A stretch of 64,000 bases of DNA from the human T2T-CHM13v2.0 reference genome, Homo sapiens: assembly GCF_009914755.1 (NCBI RefSeq), contig NC_060926.1. One strand, 5' to 3'. Below the pieces are notes generated by a model. It did no database searches. It was not told the origin of the DNA and saw only the letters and a list, made by a program, of their open reading frames with translations. The first letter of the stretch is position 1; the number at the start of each line of letters is the position of its first letter. This document shows positions 31,928 through 44,175 of the stretch, in pieces. The translations under genes and the position numbers were made by a program.

Positions 31928-34620
31928 AAAAAGGATGAGCTTTCACATATAATTTTGAAATATGAGATTTGTATCTCCATGTAGTTGCCTCTGATAGATA
32001 TTTATTTGTGAAGAAATCTACCTTCTCTCCTTTGGACACTGGGAAAAAAATTCTGACCCTATGTAGGTGATCAAGTAATTGCTAGTATTTCTGCCTATTG
32101 CCATATTTCTGAAAAACCTACAGAGCAGGTGTATAAAGTTTAAAGACATTTTCTCTACTTTTAGGAGAGTTACTTAGGCTGTACAGTTCAGTGTCATGAT
32201 CATTTCAAAATTATTTCTACTGGTACTAATGGCTGAACTGATCATAGATAGAGAGTACACGTGACTCATTGGTCACCTTTATACCGAGTAGTTCTGCTTC
32301 TCTGCAATGGGATCGTAATAAGGAAAGCTGACCATGTCTACATTATTGTGCTTTCTCCTCTACACAAGTCCAAGAATATCCCCACCCCTAGAATCCAAAA
32401 ATGATAGAAATGAGTACAAGTGGGAGGGACTACATAGCCTTTTCTGTAATTAAACCAATATAATTAAATAATTATAATAAATGTTTTCCAAATGAAGATA
32501 GAGAACACCTTCATGTCAGTATCAACAGCAGCAGAATTACTTATTTTAAAAACAAAAGTTCGTATGTGTTACCTAGCCAAGTCACTGGGAACAAACTCAG
32601 AATGAAGGTTTTATTTTGCTTTTCCGGTGTAAGCATTTTCTAGTATCCTTCAGCTAAAAACACCATGCATACTTGAATGTTGCCATAAATTCTTTGGAGA
32701 AAACAGGATAAAGCATTATTTTAATGGAGCTGGAAACCAAAGTAATGTACACATATGCCACTGTTCTGAAGGTGATGACCACAGAGAATGCAAGGTGACA
32801 GAAGGCAAGATTGGAGACTGGGAGAGACCCTCTGATGAAGTGCTCTGGCCCAGGCTTTTAATTCCCTTTTTCTCACAAGGAGGTAAGGTGCTAGTAGGCA
32901 TCAAGGCTTGGCCAGGTTATATTAAGTCTTTCATCCATCAAACATGTTTTTCTGCTTCTGTCAGTGACTGATACCTGATAAAAATTCTTATCATTTACCC
33001 AGCGCTTTGTATTTTCAATGTACTTTACAGTCATCATATGAGTATCTCCACGTGAGGCTCAATTTGTATTAAATCCACTATCCTCTCTGCTCCCATCCTG
33101 TGCTTTTTTACTGATAAGTAAGCCTACCGCAGTAAAATTTGCTAATGGAGTATGTTTATCTGACTAGTATATGGCAGTCTTGAAGTCACTATCAATTTAA
33201 AGAGATCTCTTTATAGGTAAATATTTCAGTGTAGACATATTTTGGCATGAATGGAATTATACAGTACAAATATTTCTTAAAACTATTTTTTATGTGATTA
33301 ATTATGGACAATTTGCTAAAGGCTTATTTGTATAGTACATATTCTCTACAATGTTTGATGTGAAAGACAGTAGTTTTTTTAGCTTCTGAGATTGTCAGTA
33401 ATGTCACTTCTTCTTAAAGTGTCTTTATTATCACTTAGTCACAACAGAGAAATCAGGACCCAAAACAACAGCCCTGAGATGTCTTTTTAAGATAAAGGAA
33501 CTGAGGTGATGAGCTTGAAAGGCCCTATCGGTGAAGCAAATACGGGATTATATGAGGGCCCTTGAATTTGTGAAAAGGGTTTGCATAAAATTTATTGGCA
33601 AGAATATTGTACAATTTTACCAATGGCTGGCTTATTCAATAAATCACATAATCCTGAAAAGCAGATGTTATAGTCATTTTAAAAATAAATAAACCTAATT
33701 GTTGACTTACAAAGGAATGTTCAGAGCCAAATTAAACACTGGTAATTATAAATTTAAATATTTTTAAAACTGAGACTAACAGCTTATAATGAGTACATGC
33801 AATGTGCCTCAATAATTTCAAAATGCTGTCATGATAATTTAGAATTAAATAGAAAAGATCATGTACACAAAGAGCTGGTGTTAATATACGTAGGCTGTTG
33901 AAAATCATATTATTTATACTGTATATGCCAACAATTTGTTAGTTTCTGTCTTCTGTAATTTCATTTTAATTTCAAATAATTATATGCAATCTATATTTTA
34001 TCTCCAATTGAAAAAATGAAACTTACTCACATGGATTTCTACTGTACAACACTTGCTCCCAGCTGAGCAGAAAAATAATTAAACACTAAGAAATAAAATG
34101 TGAAAAAGCAAGAAGGCAGATAAACTTCAAAATATTAAAGAAGATATAGACATAAAGTGTTATAAAATATAGAAAATATAGAAAGTTATAATTTGATATG
34201 AAGAGCATTCATTATAGAATCAATGTCCTTGTCAGAAGCTTCATTTCTTATAGAAGACAATCTATGAAACATAGCACTTATATTCCTGGATGCTGGAAAA
34301 CCTATGTAATAGTAGAAAATATTTAATGATATAACACAAATTTTGTGTAAAGAGTAAATATTACAATTGGGAATCTAAGGCAAGAGAAAGAAGACAAATA
34401 GTGGAAGACAGTGAAACAGCACTTAGGAAATCAGACAGGGTCTCTAAATGGGGAAAATTTTCAAGGTATATGGTCCAAGAAGAAGTAGGTAATAAAGTCG
34501 ATGTACTTGCAGAAGGTGTTCAATATGGGCCTCCAAGAGTTGTTTATCATCTCGAATAAAACAAGGTTTCTAGGTTGAGTAGAGGTCATGAAGTATTAGA
34601 TATTGGGTAGGACTCAAAAT

Positions 34621-34654
34621 AATTTGGGGGAAGGACACAATTCAGTCCATAACA
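34621..34654 (-). mobile_element. Orphan terminal fragment of an MLT1-type MaLR LTR
   Basis: aatttgggggaaggacacaattcagtccataaca is a typical MLT1 terminus. Confidence 0.55.
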
Positions 34655-34699
34655 GTGGTTATCTTTGTCAATTCTGAAAATATTCTTTGAAAATCTCAA

Positions 34700-35130
34700 T
34701 TCTAATAACTGTAACATTTGTTGCTCAGATAAGCCACGCTTTATTTAACCATTACCTTTTTGTTGGATATTTACTTATTTAACTTTTCCAGCTTTATAAA
34801 TAATAGGTCTATGAATATTCTTACACAAAAAATATTTTGTGTATCTCTGAGTCTCTACTTAATTTACAATTCTAAAAATAGAAATAGTATGAGCATGGAT
34901 ATTTTAAGAATGTTGATATTTATTGCCTAATTTGTCCCATAAATATCATAGCAATTAATATTTAAACTATTTAAAATCTGGTAGGCAAAATATTGAGACT
35001 CATTTTTGCTTTAATGGGAATTTTTTTGCTTATAAGGAGGTTTAATATTTTTTATGTTATTGTTCTTTTTTTGTACTGACTACTTAATAACTCTGTTCAT
35101 TATTGTAGAGGTATATTAGTCTTCTCCTTG
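34700..35130 (-). mobile_element. Old L1ME/L1M fragment
   Basis: ttatttaaccatt...ttgttggatattta, ataaataataggtctatgaatattctt, ttgatatttattgcctaattt. Confidence 0.55.
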
Positions 35131-35423
35131 CTCATTTGTAGAAGAAAGCTTCAATATATACCTCTTTCATATATAAAGCTTATTTTAATTGTCATGCTTG
35201 GATATACATATAAAATCAAATATTAACTTACTAAAAATATATATATAGGTTAATCTTTTCATCAATGAACTTACAGTCACTGAAAATCCAAACTCTATTT
35301 CAAAGGAAATATTTTACAGGAAATATTTAGAATTTTACATTCTGATGGGAAATATAATTCTAGTTTCCCAGCTGCTGCAGAAGAAGGCTTATACATCAAT
35401 GAAAGTTAATTATAAGTTTTCTC

Positions 35424-35522
35424 TGACATAGAAAGGTGAAGTGACTTTCCAGTGTCATAAAACTAGAGAGTAGCAGAAGTGGGAATAGAATTCAGGTCTA
35501 CTGAATCCCAGTGCAATACTTT
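35424..35522 (-). mobile_element. MIR SINE fragment
   Basis: agaaaggtgaagtgactttccagtgtcataaaactagagagtagcagaagtgggaatagaattcaggtct matches the MIR core. Confidence 0.7.
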
Positions 35523-35809
35523 AGTGAGTAGACAACTGTAATTTGTTGTGAAATAATAATTGGTAATTACTTTGTGTATTCCTTTCATGTGAGACCTGAG
35601 AATGCTCAGAAGTTCATAAAGGTGTTTAACCTAATGGCCAGCAATGCCTTATAAGAGGAATTTCCCTTAATATTATGTAAAATACAAATATTAAGTTTGA
35701 TAATTTTGGTAACTACTCTGATGGAATTCTCTAATGACAGGTGTTGATTTTCTGCCTAGTGTTGGTGATGAGCGTGTGCAGGGTCTCTCCAGCAAAGATG
35801 AAGAATGCA

Positions 35810-35990
35810 AACATTTACTGTGTTTCTCCTATATGTCAGAGATTTATCATTAGTGTCTAATTCATTCTCCATAAAATTTCAAGCAGTGAGTTTTATAGAC
35901 TAGTTACTGAAGCTGAGATTGGCCCAAAGTCAAGCAGATCAAATAAGAGAGCCAAACTTTGAACTCAGATCAAAACCTAAAGATCCCACA
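35810..35990 (-). mobile_element. MIR SINE fragment
   Basis: aacatttactgtg...actgaagctgagattggcccaaagtca...gagccaaactttgaactcagatc. Confidence 0.55.
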
Positions 35991-36159
35991 CTTTCCGTTA
36001 GTCTACAGTCTGTTCACACTACAACAGAGTATACAGTAGTTTATTTTCTATTCTAAATAGCAACTGAATTATGGAGAGACAGAAACTCAGATGGTATGAT
36101 GGATTTTGTGGAATACATTTTTAAAATAGCATCATTAGATTAGAAGTGGGGATGAAAGG

Positions 36160-36352
36160 AAGTAATATTTATTGAGGGTATACATGGCATCATTTAACCC
36201 TCACATTGGCGTCTTTATTGTAGCTATTTTATCACTGGGAACACTGAATTTTAGAGAGGTTAAATAAATTGTCCAATATCACAAAGTTAGTTAGTGGTAG
36301 AGGCATGATTGAAAGGACATGAGTCTGACTCCCACAGTTTAAGAACTTTCCT
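36160..36352 (-). mobile_element. MIR SINE
   Basis: aatatttattgag, catcatttaaccctcaca, agagaggttaaataaattgtccaatatcacaaagttagttagtggtagag. Confidence 0.8.
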
Positions 36353-36903
36353 CAACTCTTCGATTTATCCTCTACTGGCAGGATAGTTATTAAAAGAGAT
36401 GTTTAGAAGGTTGTTAAATACTACTTCTGATTAATACATACATGATTTTACCTAGTCATCATTACTACTATTGTTCAATTGGCAAAATAGTCTTATTTTT
36501 ATATTTAGAAAATGTATTTATTAACAGATAATCAGTGCTAAGTGCACACGAGCAACTATAATTAGTCCTTGATAAATCTTACAGACAAGTTTAACTATGG
36601 CTTTTTCCACATAACATTTAGGTTTTATTTCTTTTAAATATTTTGGTTAGTGATATTTGCTATAATAAGAGCCCTTTAATATCAGTATACATAAGACTTA
36701 TCTGAAAAAAATGCATATACCATTGCTTCAACCCACATATTTGGATTAAATATCTGTGGAAGATACTTCATAATTTTTAACTATCCCCAAAATAATACAC
36801 ATAGTTGTATTCTGAAAAACAAACACTAAAAACAATTCATACATTAGTCTAAATTTTAGAATTCCTGAGGAGTTTTCAGTGGAAAATCATCCCATTTTAA
36901 AGA

Positions 36904-37091
36904 AGTGATTCTCAAACTTTGGTGTATATCAGGATCACAGAATCACCAGTTTTGTTCAATGTATACTTGTTAGGCTTCTGGAGATGCCTATTCAAAAGGT
37001 TCTGCAAATGTTCATGAGTGACTTAGGCATTGTGGTTGATGACACACTCACCAGGCTATTTTGTAGTTCCACCAAAATTGGGAAAATATTG
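36904..37091. mobile_element. Decayed MER5-type hAT MITE
   Basis: agtgattctcaaactttggtgtatatcaggatcac at the left end; aaaattgggaaaatattg at the right end. Confidence 0.5.
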
Positions 37092-40000
37092 TTGTAGAAT
37101 TTATATGGATTAAAACATTACTTGTGAGTGCAATGCCTAGGAGTCTTAATATACTTCCACTGACTGGTGGTAGAAAGAATTGTACATTATATTCTGCCTG
37201 GTCACATCTGGTTGATGATACTTGAAATCCTTTAAATGTGAAAATTTTATATACTGACAGAATGAGGAGTTTTAAATACTATGTACTCTTTAGGGACTTA
37301 ACTACCATATGTTAGTGGGATTTACATATTCATTTTCTTAAGTAGACCCTGTATTTTTACCTTGAGGGCTTCAAGCCTCACCTTCCCAGAATTGTAGAAT
37401 AGTTAACTGAGGTACTCATCACTAACTTCAACTTTATATGTCACCATTTTTGCCAACATTAGGTGAGTTTGAAACAAAATTATGAGTTTAATATATAATA
37501 CTTAATAAAGAGTCTAAAGGTCCTTTTTCTGGATTGAATCAGAACACCACAGTTCATAATACAAAGATGGCGTACTTTTAAAGCATCATAGAATACTTTT
37601 TTGTTGAATTTCAAATATAGGTTATGCAGTAGGGCCACATTGAGAAACATTACCAGAAACATCACCAAATAACTCATTGCTGACTTTCATTTGCTTTAAG
37701 TATGGTGATGGCCATATTGTCCACAGAACAAAGTGATGCTGTTATAAAGAAATACAGGGACCTTTTTTCTAAGTAATAGAGTCAAGAATACTTATTATTG
37801 ACACATAGTTTGTTCTGTGAACTCTGGAAATCGTATAAGTGATTAGATTTTCCATTTTGGCTTAGCTTCTATAAAGCTCAGAGTGGGAGTCACGCCCCAC
37901 TTTCCAGTAGGAAATTAAGCACCCCAATCTCTCTCCTAGCTTTTTCTTCCTTTTTCTAGTCTTATTTTCCTTCTTATTCTTTTAAATTCATTTCAGATAC
38001 AAAATGAGACTTCTTGTAATGTTCATAATTTATAAACCATCATAAATCATATACTGTGATATGATCAGGTAAAAGTAAATGAAGCATACAAATAACTAAT
38101 AAAGTATTTTGTAATTAAACTAGCAATGTTTAAAAAGATTTTTAGTTGTTTCACACTAATTTCAATGCTACTGTTTTGCAAAACAATATATGCCCCTTTG
38201 TAAAGGTCCCTTTTTAAATCCTTGCTTCAATACAGTTATCAATATGCTCTTCCTAACGTGAATATATATATTTAAAATGTGGCTTCACTTTCTTCATCCC
38301 TTATAATTTTATAATATTAAAGAATATTTTCATCAGTTTTTTACCTGCTATCAAAGAAATAACAAGGTCTCACTCTTAAAAATATTGGGATCAGATTTTT
38401 AAAATGTTCATTATAATTAAGAATAGCTTCTTTTTCTAGACTCTAATAAAACGTACTCGATAAATAACTTATAGCTACTCTTTTCATTGCTTACTTCAGG
38501 AAACTGTGATGGGTTCCTCAGTTTAGCAGGATGACTGCTATATTTTCGTAAGCATATACATATTTCCTGGATATTACCAGACCAGGATTCTCCCCTAGGG
38601 GAGTGGGGTGAGGGTTAACTTTAAATAACTTTAACATCGGAGAAAATTCATTAAGGAAGCTATAATGTGTAGGTGCATGCCATAATAATTAAGTATTTGC
38701 ATAGTTGACTGCAGCCCTTATTAAGCAATGCGCCAAATGGCAATGTGTTTTACATAATGGATGTGGGAGAACAAGTCACACACACCAGAGTAATGGAACA
38801 CATTAATAAAAGTTTGCACAGTGTGTGTCCTTCATGCAGGCTGTGGTGACAAATATCTATGCCTTTACAAACTACATGACATTATGTTGTTTAGTCCTCT
38901 GGGACTTGCCTGCAAATTTGCTGTCTATCATTTATTTTCTGCCACAGTGTGTATGCCTTGAGTGATCTCAACGGAAGGTCACAGCCAGTGAAGTTTCCAC
39001 ACCAAACATTTTTTTCCCTGTCTGGGGCTTCGAGTGGTTTGCTTTTAAGGTTTATTGTATTTCTTTTTAGTGAATGTCCCAAGAAGCCACAGAGTAGATC
39101 TTTGGACCCAGGTCTTTCATCAATGTATTTGCTCTATTTGCTCCTGTGGTTCTCCCAGTTGCCATTTCTATAAATAACTGCTGAAACATTTGCAGTAACA
39201 CTTTCATTGTCTTTAACCTAATCTTGTGTTACTTTTAAAATTCTTATAAAAAATAAGGTTTTCTCAGTCTTCCTGCTTTGATGCCTATTGGCTACAAGCA
39301 GATGGGCAGTGGTCCTATGACACACCTATTAAAACTGCATCCCTGTCCCCATCAAAGTTCTCCTCACTCAGGATCAGCCATCAAAGTAGAGGCTGGTGAC
39401 TGATAGTTAAATAGCATATCACCAGAGATCAGGATATAGTGTTCTCACTACATAAAATAACTTGCCTGTTTTAAGCTGAACAAGCACAGCAAATTATCTT
39501 TTTCTTCCATTTTTAGTTCCAAGCCAGTGTTTAACAATAGACCTTTACAAAGGGACATATTAAAACATCACCCCATCATCTCTGGTCATAGTTGTACGAT
39601 GGTGAAATTGAAAGAGTGCACATGCCATGCCTGTTCCAGAAGAGACAAACCTGTAATCTTGTCTAAGGCACTCAATCACAGCTCTGTGATGGGGTAGTGG
39701 ACATCAACACAGGGGCTGCTCCAAGCAACCCTAAGGCGCAAACACCTGGATAGTCTTTTATCCTCTGCCTCATCATTTCCAGGGTGGTATTTTTAGCTCT
39801 TCACAAAGCTGGCATGCTGGGCATCTGTCCCTCCCACTTCACTATCTCTTGGCCTGTCTCATTTTGTGGTGGGTGGGCACTGGCTAACAGCTGAATAGCA
39901 ACCTAGCTCCACACAGATGTCTGCACTGTTTCTCTACCTCTTATGTAAATATTCTGAGCTTGGCTAGAGCTAGAATCAGAGCAGAGGACAGAACAGAGAA

Positions 40001-40721
40001 ATTTGCTCCTGTTTGAGCTGGATTTCAAGTCTGTTGTGTATGATACTTATTTAAATTGGAAAAAGTATAGAAGTCATAAACATATATGTGATAAAGCCCT
40101 ATTACTTACAGTGTCTTTGAGGCTATTCTTTGTGAGCACAGAGAGCCAGTGCTACCTTTCGCTAGGCTACCAAACTGCGTAGAAAGTAACAATTTCTAAA
40201 TTATACCAAAACCAATTATGAAATGTTAATTCTAAATTAAAGGGATTTGTTATTGGATTTTAAAAAAATGGTTTCTACCTTCTGACAATTTTTTTATTCA
40301 TCCTATTCAAGAAATGCAACTCTCAATCATGATTTATTTTCAACATTGTTGTTAATATAGGTGCCTAGTTCATGTCTAAGTCAACCAATTGTGAAACCAC
40401 ATTTTAAGCTGTTCTCTGCAAACTATCAAACTACCGTCAACTTGTTTTTGTGAATAGAATTCTTGCTAATTAGCATGCTTATTTCTTATGTAGTTTTTTA
40501 AAAAAGGAAATCTAATATTTAAAATATGTTGTCTATTTATTCTTCTCATTACCAATTGAAAATGATTGCTTTGTTGGGTTTGCCTTTCATAAAGATACAT
40601 ATATTTTCCCCAATATGCTATGACCTAGGTAACTTGTAAAGACTTTACTATTTTGATAACCAATGTATTAATTTATTTTCTAACTCAGTATAAATCTGGG
40701 ACTTTTTAATCCCATGGCTTA

Positions 40722-41210
40722 CTGTGCCTGTCTGGGGCTGGTTTTCTCCCAGATTCATTGCCGGTACTTCCTCTCCTCTGATCTGTATTGCAGAAGGCTG
40801 AGCCCTGCAAACTAATGTCTCATAATCCCTTACCACGTCGTTTTCATTTGAGTTTGGGCAACGAGAAGAATTGAAGGGAGATAGACAGGAGGAAGAAGGG
40901 GAGAAGCCCCCTCTCTTCTTGCTTTTGGCACTTGTCTCTGAGAGTAGCTTAGTTTCTGCTGTAAAGTGAGCTTTTGTCCAGCAGTCTTTCCTGCTGAGGT
41001 GCCAGCTCCCACCAGGAAGAACGTGTTGTGGTTCCAAGTCTTGCCTGGTGGCCCCAACTCCTAGCACGTACTTAAACCACTGCTTCTCGTGGTTCCTGAG
41101 GTTGGTAGTAGCTTCCTGCTGCTCTTTATATCTGATTTGCCTTGCTATTCTGATTTGCCTTGCTATTCCATTTGCCTTTTAGCTCAACCAATATCTTTTT
41201 AACAAATTTC
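40722..41210 (+). mobile_element. Old ERVL-class LTR (LTR16/LTR50-like)
   Basis: agccctgcaaactaatgtctcataatcccttacc...gagtttgggcaacgagaagaattgaagggagatagacaggaggaagaaggggagaagcc; locally higher GC. Confidence 0.5.
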
Positions 41211-41219
41211 ATTGCATGG

Positions 41220-41655
41220 ACATGGGATTGCTCTTCAAGAGAACATGCTGTGGGGAGTATTAATTGACTGACAAGTTCAAGTTGCTGCATCTTTGGACAC
41301 ACTATAGCGTTCATACCGTGGCTATACTTATCTCAAGCTGCTCTCAGTCAATGGAGTTATTAGAATCAGGCTATTTTTGCATAATACAGAATTCCTCTAA
41401 TGGTCAAACTTTGCTTTTTGGGCTCTTTACTGACCTATCCCAGACTTTTCCAGAAGTTTGCTGTAATCTGACATTTCCTACCCAAGCCTCCTTTTCTCCT
41501 TCTCTCCTCTCATAGTTGTAGGCCGGCTTTATGTTCTCTCCCCCTACTTCTTCTGTTCTTTTCTCTTTTTCCTTCACAGGCATTTTCCCCAATCAACCTT
41601 TTGCAGATCAAATCCCACATTGGCATCTGTTTCTTGGAGGACCCCAAATGGCACA
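41220..41655 (+). mobile_element. Old ERVL-class LTR (LTR41/LTR52-like)
   Basis: ctcttcaagagaacatgctgtggggag...ccttcacaggcattttccccaatcaacc...ttggcatctgtttcttggaggacc...gcaca terminus. Confidence 0.6.
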
Positions 41656-41863
41656 ACCTTCAGAAGAATTCTTCTTTATTGAACAACTTAGCTTGGATTC
41701 TGTTTCCCTGGCTGGACTTTAAAGTATCACATATCCAGAAAATGTAATGCTAACATATGTTGTAGGTCCTTTGTTAAAAATGTTATGTTATACAAAAGAA
41801 TTTCCTTTTGGCCCATCATTTCATCTTCAGACAATATCAATCTCTGTCATTTTTGTAGCCATC

Positions 41864-42246
41864 TGAGGAAACAGGATGAATCCTCCACTCAAAATTTGGT
41901 TTCGATGTCGAAACTGATAATGCTACATAAACTTCAAGAGACTAGGAGCTATCTGAGGAGAGCAGCGAAGGCCTGCCAGGCAGGTCCAAAGTGGCTTTAA
42001 GAGAGTAAGAAAAAGAGAGCAGCTAGGGGTTTTTATTGTGATTAGGGGCTGGGTCTGAGGCAAGCGTTCCATGCATAGACAGGAACTTGTGTAGGATTTG
42101 AATCTCCCGCCAGCATCAAAGGAAAGAGCACATGGGCTTTTTATCAGCCCACATGTGGGCGACAAGGCGAAGAAGGAGGGATAAGGCTTAAAAGCTCTCA
42201 GTAGCCAAAGGTCAAAAAATAGTCTGATGTCAGTGTCTTTATTATA
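41864..42246 (-). mobile_element. ERVL solo LTR (LTR47-like)
   Basis: Reverse strand begins tataataaagacactgac...ttttttgacctttggctactgagagcttttaagcc and ends ...cctca; family name from memory. Confidence 0.6.
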
Positions 42247-43539
42247 CTCATATATCGTAGAATTTCAATGATGAAAAAATGTACTTTTCTTGACTGTAGA
42301 ACTTCTGAGCCCTTAGCATTAAAATGATTATTGTGAATTTGCCAGAAAGAGAATATAGAATCTTTCAAATGGACTTGTTCATAGGACCTTATTTTTAGAT
42401 AATCTTTAGGGGATATTGCCACATAAAACATCCTATGGGGGAACATGTATGTAATTTTTAAACGCAGATGTTAATCACCTTTAAAGTTTTTTGTTTTTTT
42501 AACTTCTTTTCTAGTTAAGACATAGAAGGCTAAATTGTGGCTTACTTCAATTAAGAAAGCAAGGAATTCTTGTTGAATTGATTTTAGATGACAGTGTGGG
42601 AGATGACTGAGGCTTTAAAAGGATGGAATGTGGTCAGTTCAAAAGGAAAGCAATAGGATTATTAAATTCCAAGTGTCTTAAATGGGCCCCAGGATATATG
42701 ATGGAATTCTCTGTGACAACATACTTTTTCTGGCCCTAAAACCTTTTGATTAAAGCTCGAAACCTGGTTATTATCCAGACAAATCATTCATTTTCAGTCT
42801 TGAGCTTTATACTTTGATGAAAGAAGTGCTATTTTATATTTTCCATGGGAAAACTTTGTTCTTAACAAAGTTAAGATTTGATTTGATTAATTTCTATATT
42901 ACCATAATATGAAAACAGATTTTAACATTGATTTTTACTAAGTGGAAATAAATCAATTTTATTATGTGTGTCTTTTAGGTAATGTGCTTTTTTTTTGTTT
43001 CTTTTTCTTACTCCTTTGAAAGCTCGTTATGAATTCAGATTAAATGCATTAGAGCCTTTAGTTTCCTGAAGTAGATCTAGATAATAACCTATCACTTTCA
43101 TTCCTAATCCGCTTTTTGATTTCTTGTGATTTCCTTATCTTCATATGTCTAAATTGAATTTTATCAATAGATCTATTAGAAGCTAAACATCTGACATTTA
43201 TTTATCTTTAATTTTTAGAAGTTGTTGAACCAGCACATCACTAAGGCTGTTTGATTTGAAGATCAGAACACACCGAACACTGTGCTAAATAGCTGGGTGA
43301 TTATAACGAATCAACAATCAAAATTTATGTTAAGCAAAAGTTCATGGTCATTAAAATGGGCATGCAAATAAAAGGCAAACAATGATTTATCTAGCAAATA
43401 ATTTATTGTTCCATAAAATTTTCCCATTTTGTTCATTTAGAAGTCACATACAGATAAAATGTCATTCAATTATTCAATTAATTATTTATAAGTGAAAACA
43501 GATGGAATAATCTTGTATTGAAAACATTGGGGACAGAAT

Positions 43540-43640
43540 ATTCATTCACTCCGTATGTACTGAATTCCTACTATGTACAAGGCATCATGTCAAGTGACTG
43601 TGGATATACATGTTATAAATAAGAGCTACCCCTGATGACC
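43540..43640 (-). mobile_element. L2 3'-end fragment
   Basis: ttcattcactccgtatgtactgaattcctactatgtacaaggcatcatg. Confidence 0.55.
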
Positions 43641-44059
43641 CTGGCATTTTTCCAATGGAATTCCCTGAAACAGACCATCTGCTTAGGTCTCTTGCTATGG
43701 TTTTGGGTTCCTAAGACTACATTCTTTCTAACTCTCCAAATGACTCTCATGCTCCTAGGTTGACTACCTTGTTATGCCATATCTTTTGCTCAGTAGTTGG
43801 GTGTCCTCCCATCAACATCAGCTACAATCTGTTGAAACATTTTTAAAGCAAATAGTACAGCTATATTCCTCAAAAATGATAATTTATTTTTAATCAATAA
43901 AACACAGTACCTTCCTCATTTCATGATGGTTAGGTAACCCTTAGTGTCTGAGCTCAGGCAATTTACCAGTTGCCTAAGGGCCTCATTAATTAAGTGGATC
44001 AGTGAACCTATAAGGGGGTCATGGAGTAGAGCAAACACTGCACCACAAGAATCACAAGG

Positions 44060-44175
44060 GGAAATAATATGATCTCATCTGATTCAATTTCATTACAGAC
44101 TAGGGATAATATCTGACCACGGTACTTCAAAAGGTGATTGCAAGGATCAAATGAGGTAATGTTTATGAAAATTAT
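44060..44175 (+). mobile_element. MIR SINE fragment
   Basis: gggataatatc...aaggtgattgcaaggatcaaatgaggtaatgtttatgaaa. Confidence 0.55.

Noticed and set aside
40648-41722. Cluster of overlapping ORFs in a GC-richer patch
   Set aside because: Explained by old ERVL LTRs with fewer stop codons; no gag/pol/env motifs
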